A stretch of 64,000 nucleotides of DNA. Origin: Escherichia phage vB_EcoM-G28. The DNA lies in the sequence record NC_054916.1; one strand, 5' to 3'. Each line of letters opens with the position of its first letter. The first letter of the stretch is position 1. The notes under the pieces were generated by a model. That model was not told where the DNA came from. It saw nothing but the letters and a program-made list of their open reading frames with translations, and did no database searches. Both the position numbers and the translations under genes were made by a program. Shown here piece after piece: positions 20,657 through 31,221 of this stretch.

Positions 20657-22116
20657 AAACCAGTTACCTCATGAAAATCACCAAATACATCTTCGAATGT
20701 ATTAGCTTTAGTTTTATCTTCGCGTAAACGAATCGCAATCGGAAGAAATAATTTAACGTAATCAGTGCGGCCATCAGATTTTAACCAACCGTTGCATTCG
20801 CACTCTAGAATTTTTCCAATATAATAATTTTGGTTTTCCATAATGCGAGTACGGTCAAGTTCATGCGATTTTACACCGGCTTTATCTTTTAAGCCTGAAC
20901 CAGCATTTACTTTAATTTTTCCACACTCTGACTCAAGAATAAATCCACCTGCTTTAGTAGGGTCTTTACGGTGAGGATAAATTCCTACAATTTTTAAATC
21001 AACATCAATTACTTCTTTAAATTTATAGAGATTTTTTGAACGAGCATTTTCCCATAATCCATCGATATTTTTGAGAATAATACCTTCAAGACCTTGGTCA
21101 ATATACTTTTTATAAATTACCTTAGCTTCATCTAGGTTATTTACTACCTGGTTTTCAATTAAAATTACTTTATCATATCCAGATGTCATTTGTTCTAGTT
21201 TAGAAAAACGTACATCATATTTCAAACGAAATGCAGGAAGACCGTATATTTCTACCAACGGTACATAATCCCAGACCTGAAACTTCATGCATTGAGCTTC
21301 TTTTTCAGAAATGGTTCCTTTTAAGGATTTATTGGCGATTCCATTAGAAGTAGTACGAGATTCCGCTACTTCGGCGAATTCTTTAGCTTTACTAATTTCA
21401 GGATAAGCATCAAAAAGAAAATCTAGTCCTTCTGGTTCCTTTTTAACTTGCTCATGGTATACCAATTCGCCATCAATTAACACACCTTCTGGATGAATCT
21501 GGCGGGCTTCAGCAGTCATTTTGATTAACTCTTCCTTAAGAAGATCTAATCCTAGATATTCATTACCAGCTCGCGATAAAAGACGAACATCATCTAATTC
21601 ATCGCCTCGGACTTCAGCAAAACACCGAGCTCCATCTGCTTTTAACTGCGCAAAAGCTGGAAACTTGATATTCTTACTAATGCCTTTTTCATCATAAGAA
21701 CTTGCCAGCATTTGAGGTTGTTCAGGAATTAAACCCGGCCAAACTTTGTTTGCAATAGATACTGAAGCACCACATTCAAGGTCTCGCATCATAACTCGAC
21801 GCAAAACTTCAACATCATCCTTTTTACCATCGGTGATATATCCAGTTAATTCCTCAATTGCTGCATTGCCAGTTAATTTCCGAGTAGCTAACGTGAATTC
21901 AATGAAGTCAAGCATATCGGTAATAGTCAGCATTCCAAAACTCTGGGTAGCAATACCAGGTTTAGGCCATTTCTTGATATAATACTGTAACCCACGAGAA
22001 TAAGTCAGACGATATACTCGTTTAAGCAATTCATTATCTTTATTCTTTTCAAGAATTGCTTGCTTCTGTTTAGTTGATCCAATAGATGCTATTTCATTCA
22101 GAATTTTAAGAATCAT
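20653..22116 (-). CDS. 30: ATP-dependent DNA ligase gp30
   Basis: 487 aa; adenylation motif LKADGAR; sequence recognised as T4 ligase. Confidence 0.95.
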   Translation of the reverse strand: MILKILNEIASIGSTKQKQAILEKNKDNELLKRVYRLTYSRGLQYYIKKWPKPGIATQSFGMLTITDMLDFIEFTLATRKLTGNAAIEELTGYITDGKKDDVEVLRRVMMRDLECGASVSIANKVWPGLIPEQPQMLASSYDEKGISKNIKFPAFAQLKADGARCFAEVRGDELDDVRLLSRAGNEYLGLDLLKEELIKMTAEARQIHPEGVLIDGELVYHEQVKKEPEGLDFLFDAYPEISKAKEFAEVAESRTTSNGIANKSLKGTISEKEAQCMKFQVWDYVPLVEIYGLPAFRLKYDVRFSKLEQMTSGYDKVILIENQVVNNLDEAKVIYKKYIDQGLEGIILKNIDGLWENARSKNLYKFKEVIDVDLKIVGIYPHRKDPTKAGGFILESECGKIKVNAGSGLKDKAGVKSHELDRTRIMENQNYYIGKILECECNGWLKSDGRTDYVKLFLPIAIRLREDKTKANTFEDVFGDFHEVTGL

Positions 22117-22382
22117 TGTTCATCCTTCAGAGTTTGATTTACATCTCTATTATAAATCAATTCATCATTAAGCTCAGGCAAAGACTTATGATATGTAGTT
22201 CTAACTTTATTTCCTTGCATCCAGTGCTTGACGTAAATGAAACCTTGCTCTACACATTTTTTAAAAATTCGTTCGTCTTTTTGAGCACGGAATTCTGGAT
22301 TGCATCTAAAAAATTGATTTACGTGTCCATAATCACGTGTAGTATTACCTTCATTTTCATAAATAGTATGAACAACAAACAT
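22113..22382 (-). CDS. Hypothetical protein (30.1 position)
   Basis: 89 aa ORF, translationally coupled. Confidence 0.5.
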   Translation of the reverse strand: MFVVHTIYENEGNTTRDYGHVNQFFRCNPEFRAQKDERIFKKCVEQGFIYVKHWMQGNKVRTTYHKSLPELNDELIYNRDVNQTLKDEQ

Positions 22383-23218
22383 TAGAATGCTCCTTGAAAA
22401 ATATTATCACCACAAGTAGGTCTATTATACAAATACTCTATGCCGCCGGGTTTAATATAGTTCCATGTCTGAAACGGATGTGTCTGATATGGATGATATG
22501 GATTATAAGGATTAAATCCAGGAGTTCTCCAGGTAGTGTTCCAAGGAAAAGAATCGTTTTTAACCATCTTCTCAATTACATCTTTTATAGCTTTTTCACT
22601 ATCAAAACTTTCTTTATTTTCCTTTGGCGAAAAAAGCTTATTTTCTACATCATTCCATGTATAAACTCGCTGAGCAGTTTTTGGAATATTGTCACGCTCT
22701 CCTCGAGCCATCCAATAAACAGGAACATTTAATATTTCACTCGCGTGATCGCAGTGGTGAGCGAGATCGTCAATATAACAAATTACGTTATATTTCTCTT
22801 TTGCCTTTTTGAACAACTCTTCTTTTGAAGAATCATGACCACACATCAATACTTCTGAGAAGGCACCAGGAAAAAGAGCATTCAAATTAAATTGACGATT
22901 CAGCAGAGCGTCAATAGAATCACCCAGTGCTGTAACAGCTACAAAATTATAATCTTCTTTTAATTTGTTAATTACACACAGGGCATCTTTATATGGAGAC
23001 AAATAGCGAATAAAATCTGAACGATTATACTTTTCGATTAATTTAACACCAAGTTCTTCATCGCAATTAAAGAGCTTACCAGGAGAAATAAATTTTTCGT
23101 CCTGAATCATTTTTAAAATATGTTCCAACGGAAGATTATATTTTTGGGCAAAATAAGGAAGGCCTGATTGCCAGCTTAAACATACTCCATCAATATCAGT
23201 TAAAATAGTAGGCTTCAT
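22382..23218 (-). CDS. HAD-superfamily-like hydrolase (30.2 position)
   Basis: 278 aa; N-terminal ILTDIDGV (DxDG motif I) and downstream YIDDL motif. Confidence 0.55.
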   Translation of the reverse strand: MKPTILTDIDGVCLSWQSGLPYFAQKYNLPLEHILKMIQDEKFISPGKLFNCDEELGVKLIEKYNRSDFIRYLSPYKDALCVINKLKEDYNFVAVTALGDSIDALLNRQFNLNALFPGAFSEVLMCGHDSSKEELFKKAKEKYNVICYIDDLAHHCDHASEILNVPVYWMARGERDNIPKTAQRVYTWNDVENKLFSPKENKESFDSEKAIKDVIEKMVKNDSFPWNTTWRTPGFNPYNPYHPYQTHPFQTWNYIKPGGIEYLYNRPTCGDNIFQGAF

Positions 23219-23679
23219 AGAGAGTCTCTTAATAGGTTTAACACATCAATAAATTCAGCTTCGGTTAGTATTGTATCATCTTTTGTTAGACCACTAGCCA
23301 TGCTGTGCTTCAAAACTTTTCCTTTCGAGGCTTGTAATGCATCGCGAAAGCCCTTGTTTTGAATCGCTGCTTCAAAATATGCATTTGTGTATAATTCTTT
23401 CCACGCTGGGGAGTATCTTGAAAATGGAACTCCAAGCCAGAAGAGGGTTCCGCGGTCCTGAGCTCTTGCATAAGACCTTCCAGCTTGTTGGGCGGCAAGC
23501 CCGGATAACCCAAATATACGACGTTGTTGTTCAACATTTTTCACCTTGCATCCTTGGAGGAATCCTTCAAGACCTCCAAATTGAATACCATCCATAACGA
23601 AAGGCCAATGGGCGAAATTACTTAATGCACATGATGGCCACCTAAAATTACTTCTAATCTCTAACTCAGACATTTTCAA
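23215..23679 (-). CDS. NADAR / YbiA-like (DUF1768) domain protein (30.3 position)
   Basis: 154 aa; LSNFAHWPFVMDGIQFGGLEGFLQ resembles the conserved YbiA core FSNFAAWP..DG. Confidence 0.6.
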   Translation of the reverse strand: MKMSELEIRSNFRWPSCALSNFAHWPFVMDGIQFGGLEGFLQGCKVKNVEQQRRIFGLSGLAAQQAGRSYARAQDRGTLFWLGVPFSRYSPAWKELYTNAYFEAAIQNKGFRDALQASKGKVLKHSMASGLTKDDTILTEAEFIDVLNLLRDSL

Positions 23680-23872
23680 TGCTTATAATTTCAACATCAG
23701 CCCAATGACCATAGTTTGGTAGACGAAATTCAACTGGCCAGTCACTGCCTTTTTCTAATATAATAGACTTAACTTGTGGTTCTTCGTGTTCATCAGTATA
23801 CGGATTTTTATCTGTTACTTTATATGTGACCTTAATGTACTGAATTCCAAAAATCTTATTAATTATATTCAT
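23666..23872 (-). CDS. Hypothetical protein
   Basis: 68 aa ORF in compact minus-strand operon. Confidence 0.45.
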   Translation of the reverse strand: MNIINKIFGIQYIKVTYKVTDKNPYTDEHEEPQVKSIILEKGSDWPVEFRLPNYGHWADVEIISIENV

Positions 23873-24066
23873 ACTAATTCCTTTAATCCGTAGATAGGAG
23901 ATAATTCATCGCCCATACGAAGGTCTTCATTCCCATCTACCCAAGAAACAATATAAGCCTCTTTTACTTGAACATCTCCCAATTTAAATGCGGGTAAAAC
24001 CTTAGAAATTAATCCAGGTATACCAACTCCCTTTAATTCAACGGTTTGGCCTAAAAAGAATTTCAT
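23869..24066 (-). CDS. Hypothetical protein
   Basis: 65 aa ORF, coupled to neighbours. Confidence 0.45.
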   Translation of the reverse strand: MKFFLGQTVELKGVGIPGLISKVLPAFKLGDVQVKEAYIVSWVDGNEDLRMGDELSPIYGLKELV

Positions 24067-24353
24067 TAGAACCTCATCTGAAAACCATGTGATTTAACAT
24101 TACCGCCATTAATATCAGAACTATTAATTTCACGTGCAATTGAGGGATCAATGTCAATTTCGCCATTAAGTTTAATGATAGACAAAGTATCACGCCCATT
24201 TACTGTGCGGAACTCTAAAGGACAAACCACATCAACGTAGTTTTTAATCGATTCACTGGTAGGTTGCAAATGGGCAGGAAGGTCTTTAGGCGCCTTTGAG
24301 AAAACTACTTCACAGAAGTTTTTACGAGTATCAAAATAAGTGGTCATAAACAT
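24066..24353 (-). CDS. Hypothetical protein
   Basis: 95 aa ORF. Confidence 0.5.
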   Translation of the reverse strand: MFMTTYFDTRKNFCEVVFSKAPKDLPAHLQPTSESIKNYVDVVCPLEFRTVNGRDTLSIIKLNGEIDIDPSIAREINSSDINGGNVKSHGFQMRF

Positions 24354-24393
24354 AATATTTTCCTCAGTAGGGGCCGAAGCCCCTCATTTTATT

Positions 24394-24771
24394 TTAAATA
24401 TCAAATTCGTTAAGAACTACATCAAAGATTGCTTCAAGATGATCAGGTTTAGCTCTGTTACTCAGAATATGACGAATCCAAGTTTTAACTAAGAGTTTAC
24501 GATTAGCACCATTCCAGCAAGGATGAGTCCCTAAATCGCGTTGACGGAAATCATCATCCAGAGCGATTTTAAAGTTGGAACCTTCCATCGTGATTGAAAC
24601 CGTGATACCGTTTTCAAATCGTATATAAACGTAATTAGGAGTCATATACTGTTCAATTTCGCATACTGATCCATTTTGATGTTTCCAAAGGCAAATAGTA
24701 TCAATAGAACCTGCAATACCATTAGAAACATATTTACGTTCAAAGTTGATGTAGTTCATTTTATTCTCCAA
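24394..24771 (-). CDS. Hypothetical protein (30.6 position)
   Basis: 125 aa ORF with upstream promoter-like element. Confidence 0.55.
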   Translation of the reverse strand: MENKMNYINFERKYVSNGIAGSIDTICLWKHQNGSVCEIEQYMTPNYVYIRFENGITVSITMEGSNFKIALDDDFRQRDLGTHPCWNGANRKLLVKTWIRHILSNRAKPDHLEAIFDVVLNEFDI

Positions 24772-24826
24772 GATGTTTAATTGCGGTACAGGTATATAAT
24801 ATCATATCCTGTACCAAAGTAAACAA

Positions 24827-25159
24827 TTATTTTACTACTTTCCAATGCTGCATGTCAAGTTTACCAACTTTTTTCATCTTCTCAATTAAGCGTTCGGCAC
24901 GTTGGCGAGCTGTAACATAATGCCATTCGCCTAATTCATTTTGTTCAATTTTTCCAACGATTACTGTATTCAATTCATAAATCCAACCAGTAAAGAAATT
25001 ATGAACTTGAATTGTAAAGGTGAAATCTGTTCCCATACCTTCTGTTGTTTCTACTTCAATAATATCACCTTCAACTGCCATTAAGAACCACATAGTTTCA
25101 TCATATTTACCATTGAAGCATTTAGTTTTAACTGCAGCGTTCAGATTAATCGTTTTCAT
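24827..25159 (-). CDS. Hypothetical protein (30.7 position)
   Basis: 110 aa ORF with upstream early promoter. Confidence 0.55.
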   Translation of the reverse strand: MKTINLNAAVKTKCFNGKYDETMWFLMAVEGDIIEVETTEGMGTDFTFTIQVHNFFTGWIYELNTVIVGKIEQNELGEWHYVTARQRAERLIEKMKKVGKLDMQHWKVVK

Positions 25160-25182
25160 TTTATTCTCCTTTGTTTGTGTAA

Positions 25183-25215
25183 GATAATACTATCACAAAG
25201 GAACCATACTGTAAA
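25183..25215 (-). promoter_or_regulatory. Early sigma70-type promoter (-35 GTTTACA, -10 TAGTATTAT)
   Basis: Minus strand GTTTACA - 17 nt - TATTAT upstream of the 110-aa ORF. Confidence 0.5.
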
Positions 25216-25235
25216 CAACTTTGTGCAATCTTTGG

Positions 25236-25264
25236 AAAATAAAAAAGGACTCCCGAAGGAGTCC
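25236..25264 (-). terminator. GGACTCC-TTCG-GGAGTCC hairpin followed by U-run
   Basis: Hairpin 25247-25264; minus-strand T-run corresponds to plus AAAATAAAAAA. Confidence 0.65.
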
Positions 25265-25269
25265 TCAAC

Positions 25270-25446
25270 TTATGCTTTCTGCTTACCAAAACGAGAAGCA
25301 TCATCTCGAAGAACCGCACGTGCTCGGCGCATGATCTTCTCAACAGTTTGATTGATACGAGAGTTCGACCCACGCTTGTAGCCAGCGCGTTTAGAATCAC
25401 CAACTTTCTTTTCAACTGCTTTCTTTGCTTTAACTTGTTTTGCCAT
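25270..25446 (-). CDS. Small basic protein (58 aa from MAKQVKAKK)
   Basis: ORF-track ORF 25270-25488 trimmed to internal ATG with AGAG SD. Confidence 0.45.
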   Translation of the reverse strand: MAKQVKAKKAVEKKVGDSKRAGYKRGSNSRINQTVEKIMRRARAVLRDDASRFGKQKA

Positions 25447-25459
25447 TATAAATTCTCTT

Positions 25460-25666
25460 TTAAATGAAAATGCAGGACTTATTGGCATTGCCTGCGCAAG
25501 CCCTCAAGGGGAACATAGGTTTTGAATATTTACCGACAGGATAACCATAAACCTCGTCATCATACCACCAAGACTTACACAGATAACACTTTTCTGACGC
25601 ATGATAGTAACATTCAAGAGGTACACCATAAAACTGCCGGGGTCTTAAAACTATAATGATTCGCAA
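25460..25666 (-). CDS. Hypothetical Cys-rich small protein
   Basis: 68 aa ORF; no clear SD, so uncertain. Confidence 0.3.
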   Translation of the reverse strand: MRIIIVLRPRQFYGVPLECYYHASEKCYLCKSWWYDDEVYGYPVGKYSKPMFPLRACAGNANKSCIFI

Positions 25667-25734
25667 ATCAATAATCAGACAGTTCGATGGCTCCTCGATT
25701 TTAGCTCACACTAAGGCAGTGAATCTCCAATAAA

Positions 25735-25983
25735 TTACTTCAATGTTACCACAAAGTGACGAACTGCTTTTCGTGCAGCAGAAGCCAGAGGCTTAGCATA
25801 TTTAAGTTCATCTTTTTCCTGAAGCTCAGCAGCTAATGCAGTTTGAGCAGGATTCAGATGTTTGAAATAACGCAGGATTTCAAGAGCTTCGGCTTCAACA
25901 TCAATAGATGCGCCATAGTTTTCGTGACCATTATTCCATGCGTTTCGTTGCAGTTCAAGAGCGTGTTGTAATTGTTTAATCAT
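25735..25983 (-). CDS. rIII: Lysis inhibition accessory protein rIII
   Basis: 82 aa; synteny next to gene 31. Confidence 0.8.
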   Translation of the reverse strand: MIKQLQHALELQRNAWNNGHENYGASIDVEAEALEILRYFKHLNPAQTALAAELQEKDELKYAKPLASAARKAVRHFVVTLK

Positions 25984-26122
25984 TTAAAAATTCTCGTTAG
26001 AGATTAAAACTCGGTAGTCACGTTCTTCTGAATTTCATCTTCTTTCGACAGATCTCTCAGTTGTAGACTACCACGTAGAATTGTTCGGTTAACTTATTAT
26101 TCCGACACCCAATTCATATTAT

Positions 26123-26130
26123 TATTTATA
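26123..26130 (-). promoter_or_regulatory. Late promoter element TATAAATA (minus strand) upstream of rIII
   Basis: Exact octamer immediately after the gene 31 stop. Confidence 0.4.
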
Positions 26131-26466
26131 TCACTTATAAAGACATGGAATAGCTTTATAATGACATGTTACGAATTTTTGTTTAATTTCTTTTGGCTGC
26201 TTAAGACCCAGAGCTACAAAAGGATGCGGAACGTTTCGAATTTGACCAACTGGCAGAGAAGTCAAATCACCAACTTCGCAGAAACCTTCAGGAACATCAG
26301 GACCAACAGAGTGAACTACACACAGTTCAGGAACTTCACCTTGAACACGTTTACCGATAATAAGTCCTGATTCTGTAACTTCTTCATCACCGGCTTGCGC
26401 AGGTTCAGAAACTAAAATAACATATTCACCGACAGCACGAATTGGTAGCTGTTGTACTTCAGACAT
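26131..26466 (-). CDS. 31: Co-chaperonin gp31 (GroES analogue)
   Basis: 111 aa; sequence recognised as T4 gp31 ([19 protein letters not shown]...). Confidence 0.92.
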
Positions 26467-26496
26467 CGTTTTTCCTTTTTATTAACAGATGAATTA

Positions 26497-26521
26497 ATAA
26501 TAACAAATAATTCTTAAAGCA
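26497..26521 (-). promoter_or_regulatory. Middle promoter: MotA box TGCTTTA and -10 TATTAT upstream of gene 31
   Basis: Minus strand TGCTTTA - 12 nt - TATTAT. Confidence 0.45.
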
Positions 26522-26522
26522 T

Positions 26523-26831
26523 TTATTTACCAATAAATTGAAGCAAATGCTCAACTTTCATACCATTAACGGAAATCAACTTATCAATAGAAAAACCTCG
26601 CCATGCACCAAGCTCAACATCAAATACTGGAATCATATCAGTAGATTCTTTCCGAGTAGATTCAGTCAATTTACCGGTTTGCATGGTTGGCATAAAGTCT
26701 GCATCACGAGTACCTTTCATAGTACGAATAGTACCATCAGACTTTTCAAAAACTACGTTTGAAATACCCATGGACAATTTAGTTTTCAAAATTTCACGAA
26801 TTGCTACTTTCTGTTCAGTCGTCAGTTTCAT
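26523..26831 (-). CDS. Hypothetical protein (31.1 position)
   Basis: 102 aa ORF. Confidence 0.55.
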   Translation of the reverse strand: MKLTTEQKVAIREILKTKLSMGISNVVFEKSDGTIRTMKGTRDADFMPTMQTGKLTESTRKESTDMIPVFDVELGAWRGFSIDKLISVNGMKVEHLLQFIGK

Positions 26832-27068
26832 TTATTTACCTATCACAGTTTTAATATGAGTTGTTCCACGTTCTTTAAGGGTGGAAAGTAATTTTTGGCA
26901 TTTTTCTAAATCAGATTTCCAACTATATGGTCTATCAATACTAGTCCAATCAGTTTTATAATACTGTTTCCATTTAGAGAAAAAATATTTCTTAAACTCT
27001 ACAGCAAATGAGATGTTCTCGTTAGAATAAGAACTAATTGCTGTGAGCTTTACCAAACGAAATTTCAT
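26832..27068 (-). CDS. Hypothetical protein (31.2 position)
   Basis: 78 aa ORF. Confidence 0.5.
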   Translation of the reverse strand: MKFRLVKLTAISSYSNENISFAVEFKKYFFSKWKQYYKTDWTSIDRPYSWKSDLEKCQKLLSTLKERGTTHIKTVIGK

Positions 27069-27649
27069 TATTCACCACAGAATTCGTTGATATTTTCCCA
27101 GTTTAACTTATTCAAGTTTTTCTTAGGAACATTAAACACTTCAATACCTGCATTTCGCAGAATATCATCCCAGCCAGGTTTATTTTTATCATATGTTTCG
27201 CAGTAAACCAGCTTTTTAATACCAGATTGAGCTATCGCTTTTGCGCAATCTGGACATGGAGAAAGTGTTACATACATAGTAGCACCTTCAATAGAAGAAC
27301 CATTTCGCGCAGCAAACAAAATTGCATTTAGTTCAGCATGAATTTCATTTTTAGATGACCATTCCGAGTGAGCACTACGATGTTCTTTCGCCAAGACAAA
27401 ACGATCAATTGAACCAAATGATACGCATTCAGGCTTATGACCTTGAATGATAGTATGTTTAGGCTTATTCAACAACCAACCTTGCTCAGCAGCATAATCA
27501 CAACAGTTCACACCCCCTGCGGGTGAACCATTATACCCAGTAGAAATAATACGTCCATTCTTTTCAATTACTGCTCCTACCTTCCAGGAGCAACATTTTG
27601 ATTCCTGTGATACTAAATATGCAATTTGAAGTACTGTACTCGCTTTCAT
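27068..27649 (-). CDS. cd: dCMP deaminase
   Basis: 193 aa; zinc-binding motifs HAELNAI and PCPDC. Confidence 0.92.
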   Translation of the reverse strand: MKASTVLQIAYLVSQESKCCSWKVGAVIEKNGRIISTGYNGSPAGGVNCCDYAAEQGWLLNKPKHTIIQGHKPECVSFGSIDRFVLAKEHRSAHSEWSSKNEIHAELNAILFAARNGSSIEGATMYVTLSPCPDCAKAIAQSGIKKLVYCETYDKNKPGWDDILRNAGIEVFNVPKKNLNKLNWENINEFCGE

Positions 27650-27984
27650 TTCATAATCACCAGATAAGCAGATTTAGCAGTTTCAACACGATAAATTTCG
27701 TGACGAAGTTTAGTTATACTTTTAATAACAGAACTAATTATATTCTGCCCATCTTTAAAGCGGTTTTTCTTATCAATAAAAACTGCGCCAGTCATCTTTT
27801 TGTGAAGCTCAACTGGATACTTCGTCACAATAATAGCATCATACACAGAAGGATGAATACTATTCACCAGAGTATCATTCATTAAAGTTATTCTAATGAA
27901 CTGTGCTGTTTCAGAATCAAGCGCTCTATGATCGCCAGTATCATTTTCAAGACAATTATCAATTATATCAGTTAAATTCATCAT
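27646..27984 (-). CDS. Hypothetical protein (cd.1 position)
   Basis: 112 aa ORF, translationally coupled. Confidence 0.5.
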   Translation of the reverse strand: MMNLTDIIDNCLENDTGDHRALDSETAQFIRITLMNDTLVNSIHPSVYDAIIVTKYPVELHKKMTGAVFIDKKNRFKDGQNIISSVIKSITKLRHEIYRVETAKSAYLVIMK

Positions 27985-28217
27985 AGTACGCCATACACCC
28001 TTTGTGCTTCAACTAATCCATCAAAATCCAGTTTAAGATGCGATATTTGATCGCCATCACCTGGATTCACAATTACTAATACTGAACGAGGAGTTTCGGT
28101 AATAACACGAACCGATGTTTCAGGAAATCGTTCAGAAACCTTATTTACTAATTCCTGTGCAAATAGTTTAACTTTTTCTTGGAATTCTTTAACAGTAATC
28201 GGTTTTTCACTTAGCAT
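27981..28217 (-). CDS. Hypothetical protein
   Basis: 78 aa ORF. Confidence 0.5.
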   Translation of the reverse strand: MLSEKPITVKEFQEKVKLFAQELVNKVSERFPETSVRVITETPRSVLVIVNPGDGDQISHLKLDFDGLVEAQRVYGVL

Positions 28218-28738
28218 GTTGATCCCAGCTCCTTACTTTCAACGTTTTTAACTAATTTGACAGAAACTAATTCAGCATCTTGAGTAATCATTACCGGACC
28301 TTCTTCATACTCTTCAAGATATTCTAGAGCTTTCTTTTTAGCTTCTTCCTTCGTATCAGTTTGAGCATAGATATAAAACATACAACCAGTAATACCTACT
28401 ACTTTCCACTTAATTTCTTTATCAGCTTTAATTTCAAATTTACTGACAGAATCATCTTTTTGAACTTCTTCGAAAAAAGAATATTCTAACATATAAGCAA
28501 TTGAAAATAACGGGCTATCTTTATAGGATTCGCCCATTACATCAATAGCTTTATACCAGCAGTCATCAATTTCGCGTTTAATGCTAATAACATTCTTTGC
28601 AGGGTCAATTTTTACTTTAAATGAATTTTCATCAATAAACTGAGCGATTCGTTTATTAGCCCTGCAAGTTTCATTAAAAATATCTTTATACCCAGTTTTA
28701 AAGCGATAAACCTTATCTTCTTCAAACCATTCGCTCAT
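28211..28738 (-). CDS. Hypothetical protein
   Basis: 175 aa ORF with upstream promoter-like element (GTTTAC, ATTATA). Confidence 0.55.
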   Translation of the reverse strand: MSEWFEEDKVYRFKTGYKDIFNETCRANKRIAQFIDENSFKVKIDPAKNVISIKREIDDCWYKAIDVMGESYKDSPLFSIAYMLEYSFFEEVQKDDSVSKFEIKADKEIKWKVVGITGCMFYIYAQTDTKEEAKKKALEYLEEYEEGPVMITQDAELVSVKLVKNVESKELGSTC

Positions 28739-28800
28739 TTCAATTTCCTCATTTGTTTTGGTAGAGCTATAATATCACAACTCTACCGTAAAGTAAACCA

Positions 28801-29076
28801 TTAAATCGCTTTGAATTCCGCAGTTTGAGATTCAAAGCGAATGTCGCCTTTGATAACTAGCTCAGCATCAAGACCAAATACGACAATGATATGCGCGGAA
28901 CCTGGATACAACGTGATGGCAACAGAATCCACCTGGTCTGGAAGCAAAGTGTTCAATACATGAGTCACTTGAGCATGAATTCGAAGCTCGGCTGCGTTAT
29001 CAAGTTTTTCAAACATATTATTAGCGATAATTTGACTAAACACTACTTCTACGATTTTAGAGTAAGTCGGAAACAT
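28801..29076 (-). CDS. Hypothetical protein
   Basis: 91 aa ORF. Confidence 0.5.
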   Translation of the reverse strand: MFPTYSKIVEVVFSQIIANNMFEKLDNAAELRIHAQVTHVLNTLLPDQVDSVAITLYPGSAHIIVVFGLDAELVIKGDIRFESQTAEFKAI

Positions 29077-29140
29077 ATTTACCTCACATAATTTTCTTCA
29101 AGCCAATTAATAATATCCCAAGTTTTATGATGCAAAGCCA

Positions 29141-30344
<1,204 letters not shown>

Positions 30345-30348
<4 letters not shown>

Positions 30349-30575
30349 TTATTTTTCTCAACCAATGATTGAATATAATCATGCAGGTCTTTAGATGCTT
30401 TACCCCACTTATTTTGGTATTCATTTTTAAGATTAGCCCGAGATTGAGCTAATAAAACATCATTAGTTGGAGGTAAAGATTCTAATCGTTGAATCTGGCG
30501 TCCATAAATCATTGCAGCCATCTCAGATTCATAAATCAATCCTTTGAGATGTTCAAATTGATGCCATGAAATCAT
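30345..30575 (-). CDS. Hypothetical protein
   Basis: 76 aa ORF. Confidence 0.5.
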
Positions 30576-30871
30576 TTACATTTATCCTCTTTTAGCTCTT
30601 GACGATAATAACATATCATAGTTTTTTGGTCATGCACATATCGTTTTACATCATTAAGCCAAATACGAAATTCCTGGGAGTCTTCAAATGGCATACCGAC
30701 CCAAGCTTTACCATCAATAACTTTAACTTGCCAAGATAGTTTAGCTTCATCATATGACTTTATTTGCACAGGCCAATTAGGATGAACTGTTTCTTTCTTT
30801 ACTTCTAGAGGCTTTGTCGAACAACCAACTAGAAGACCAATAGATAATATTACTGCTGATAGTTTAATCAT
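30572..30871 (-). CDS. pseT.2: Outer-membrane lipoprotein, o-spanin candidate (Rz1 equivalent)
   Basis: Signal peptide with lipobox LLVGC; 99 aa; adjacent to a TM plus coiled-coil protein. Confidence 0.6.
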   Translation of the reverse strand: MIKLSAVILSIGLLVGCSTKPLEVKKETVHPNWPVQIKSYDEAKLSWQVKVIDGKAWVGMPFEDSQEFRIWLNDVKRYVHDQKTMICYYRQELKEDKCK

Positions 30872-31221
30872 TTAGAAAGGTCCTGGATGTCTTCTGCGAA
30901 CTTGTTGAAGGAGTTGTTGATTTGTTTTTCAACCAATCCTGGCTTATGAGCCACCACATCCGCCTTCTTTGCATCTTTGCGCAGTTTTTCATTTTCACGC
31001 TCAATAGCAGCAATTGCCTCACGATTTTTATTATTCATCGCATCAATATAATTATACTGAATTCGCAAATTATTTAATGCTAAAGCGTTTTCATTGGCTG
31101 TTTTTGTAATTTCTGCAACAGACGTTTCTAATCTTTCTACCTTATTTTTTAAAATAATAGATGTTCCGCCAAATGCTATTACAAGTAATAGCAATCCAGC
31201 TGTAAAATTACTTACATGCAT
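30868..31221 (-). CDS. pseT.3: Inner-membrane i-spanin candidate (Rz equivalent)
   Basis: N-terminal TM helix (LLLLVIAFGGTSIIL) followed by charged coiled-coil-like region; 117 aa. Confidence 0.55.
   Translation of the reverse strand: MHVSNFTAGLLLLVIAFGGTSIILKNKVERLETSVAEITKTANENALALNNLRIQYNYIDAMNNKNREAIAAIERENEKLRKDAKKADVVAHKPGLVEKQINNSFNKFAEDIQDLSK

Noticed and set aside
25161-25415. 84-aa minus-strand ORF overlapping the small basic protein gene
   Set aside because: Alternative frame of the same region; the other frame has a plausible SD and an upstream terminator/promoter arrangement.
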